In this document: in pieces, positions 62,102 through 64,000 of the stretch
Position numbering within the stretch: position 1 is the stretch's first letter
Layout of the letters: the number at the start of each line of letters is the position of its first letter
Assembly: GCF_964355755.1 (NCBI RefSeq)
Contig: NC_092679.1
Coordinates: forward strand, 7,532,201-7,596,200
Reading direction: 5' to 3'
Source: Antedon mediterranea
Lineage: Eukaryota > Animalia > Echinodermata
Length of the DNA: 64,000 bases
Notes under the pieces: generated by a model
What the model saw: the letters and a program-made list of their open reading frames with translations, nothing else
Told to the model about the DNA's origin: nothing
Database searches by the model: none
Made by a program: the position numbers and the translations under genes

Positions 62102-63762
62102 TAAATACTATAGTGAGCAAGGATAGCAACCAACATTGAAATACTATAGTGAGCAAGGATAGCAACCAACATGGAAATACTATAGTGAGCGAGGATAGCA
62201 ACCAACATGGAAATACTATAGTGAGCAAGGATAGCAACCAACATTGAAATACTATAGTGAGCGAGGATAGCAACCAACATTGAAATACTATAGTGAGCGA
62301 GGATAGCAACCAACATGGAAATACTATAGTGAGCAAGGATAGCAACCAACATGGAAATACTATAGTGAGCGAGGATAGCAACCAACATTGAAATACTATA
62401 GTGAGCGAGGATAGCAACCAACATTGAAATACTATAGTGAGCGAGGATAGCAACCAACATGGAAATACTATAGTGAGCGAGGATAGCAACCAACATGGAA
62501 ATACTATAGTGAGCGAGGATAGCAACCAACATTGAAATACTATAGTGAGCAAGGATAGCAACCAACATGGAAATACTATAGTGAGCGAGGATAGCAACCA
62601 ACATGGAAATACTATAGTGAGCAAGGATAGCAACCAACATGGAAATACTATAGTGAGCGAGGATAGCAACCAACATGGAAATACTATAGTGAGCGAGGAT
62701 AGCAACCAACATTGAAATACTATAGTGAGCGAGGATAGCAACCAACATGGAAATACTATAGTGAGCGAGGATAGCAACCAACATTGAAATACTATAGTGA
62801 GCGAGGATAGCAACCAACATTGAAATACTATAGTGAGCAAGGATAGCAACCAACATGGAAATACTATAGTGAGCAAGGATAGCAACCAACATGGAAATAC
62901 TATAGTGAGCAAGGATAGCAACCAACATGGAAATACTATAGTGAGCGAGGATAGCAACCAACATGGAAATACTATAGTGAGCAAGGATAGCAACCAACAT
63001 GGAAATACTATAGTGAGCGAGGATAGCAACCAACATGGAAATACTATAGTGAGCGAGGATAGCAACCAACATGGAAATACTATAGTGAGCGAGGATAGCA
63101 ACCAACATGGAAATACTATAGTGAGCGAGGATAGCAACCAACATGGAAATACTATAGTGAGCGAGGATAGCAACCAACATGGAAATACTATAGTGAGCGA
63201 GGATAGCAACCAACATGGAAATACTATAGTGAGCGAGGATAGCAACCAACATGGAAATACTATAGTGAGCAAGGATAGCAACCAACATTGAAATACTATA
63301 GTGAGCGAGGATAGCAACCAACATGGAAATACTATAGTGAGCAAGGATAGCAACCAACATGGAAATACTATAGTGAGCGAGGATAGCAACCAACATGGAA
63401 ATACTATAGTGAGCAAGGATAGCAACCAACATGGAAATACTATAGTGAGCGAGGATAGCAACCAACATGGAAATACTATAGTGAGCGAGGATAGCAACCA
63501 ACATGGAAATACTATAGTGAGCGAGGATAGCAACCAACATTGAAATACTATAGTGAGCGAGGATAGCAACCAACATGGAAATACTATAGTGAGCAAGGAT
63601 AGCAACCAACATGGAAATACTATAGTGAGCAAGGATAGCAACCAACATGGAAATACTATAGTGAGCGAGGATAGCAACCAACATTGAAATACTATAGTGA
63701 GCGAGGATAGCAACCAACATGGAAATACTATAGTGAGCAAGGATAGCAACCAACATGGAAAT
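62102..63762. repeat. 36-bp satellite/minisatellite, ~46 copies
   Basis: gaaatactatagtgagcRaggatagcaaccaacatK head-to-tail, no spacers, only two variable positions. Confidence 0.97.
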
Positions 63763-63862
63763 CATACGCAGGGCTGTTTACACAGCGAACACGCAATTAC
63801 ACGGGTTCGTCACAGGTTGACTTGACGCTGAATACATTCCGCATCACTTATCCTGTTGGTTC

Positions 63863-63981
63863 AGCGACTCGGGTAATTTTTTACCCCTTTTACACCGGCC
63901 TACATTTTTGCGTCCCGGGTACGACTCTGATTACACAATCAGGATCATCGCCGCTTTTTTGCTGCCTGTGTAAAAGGGATA
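63863..63981. mobile_element. MITE-like remnant
   Basis: taccccttttacac ... gtgtaaaagggata inverted ends; a similar end, tacctcttttacacc, occurs at 61392. Confidence 0.4.
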
Positions 63982-64000
63982 TTACATTTAAATAATCTGA

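Noticed and set aside
62102-63762. CRISPR array (36-bp repeats)
   Set aside because: Units are contiguous with no unique spacers, there are no cas genes, and the context is eukaryotic.

Overview
AT-rich eukaryotic (animal) genomic DNA, most likely a marine invertebrate; the taxon is inferred only. Four genes were reconstructed exon by exon from splice sites and reading frame: ALDH6A1/MMSDH (+, 14 exons, one GC-AG intron), an intronless SOCS4/5-like gene (-), WDHD1/AND-1 (+, 23 coding exons, head-to-head with SOCS across an E2F/CRE/ETS promoter), and the 3' part of an atypical HIPK/DYRK-like CMGC kinase (-) with a 23-aa repeat tail. The start of a possible fifth gene (-) lies near 1.8-4.2 kb. 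Introns and intergenic DNA carry an intact single-ORF L2-type LINE, a broken RT fragment, many non-autonomous DNA transposons with readable TIRs and TSDs (P-, Ginger-, Academ-, Kolobok-, Harbinger- and foldback-like), and several minisatellites. The most notable non-standard signals are a minimal hammerhead ribozyme in a Penelope-like remnant, a candidate intronic H/ACA RNA, complementarity between the LINE 5' and 3' ends, a 36-bp satellite whose only variants are synonymous in a 554-codon ORF, and dense TACWGTA and TAGGCCTA footprint-like motifs. No CRISPR array or prokaryotic system is present. All homology statements come from recall and were not checked by search.
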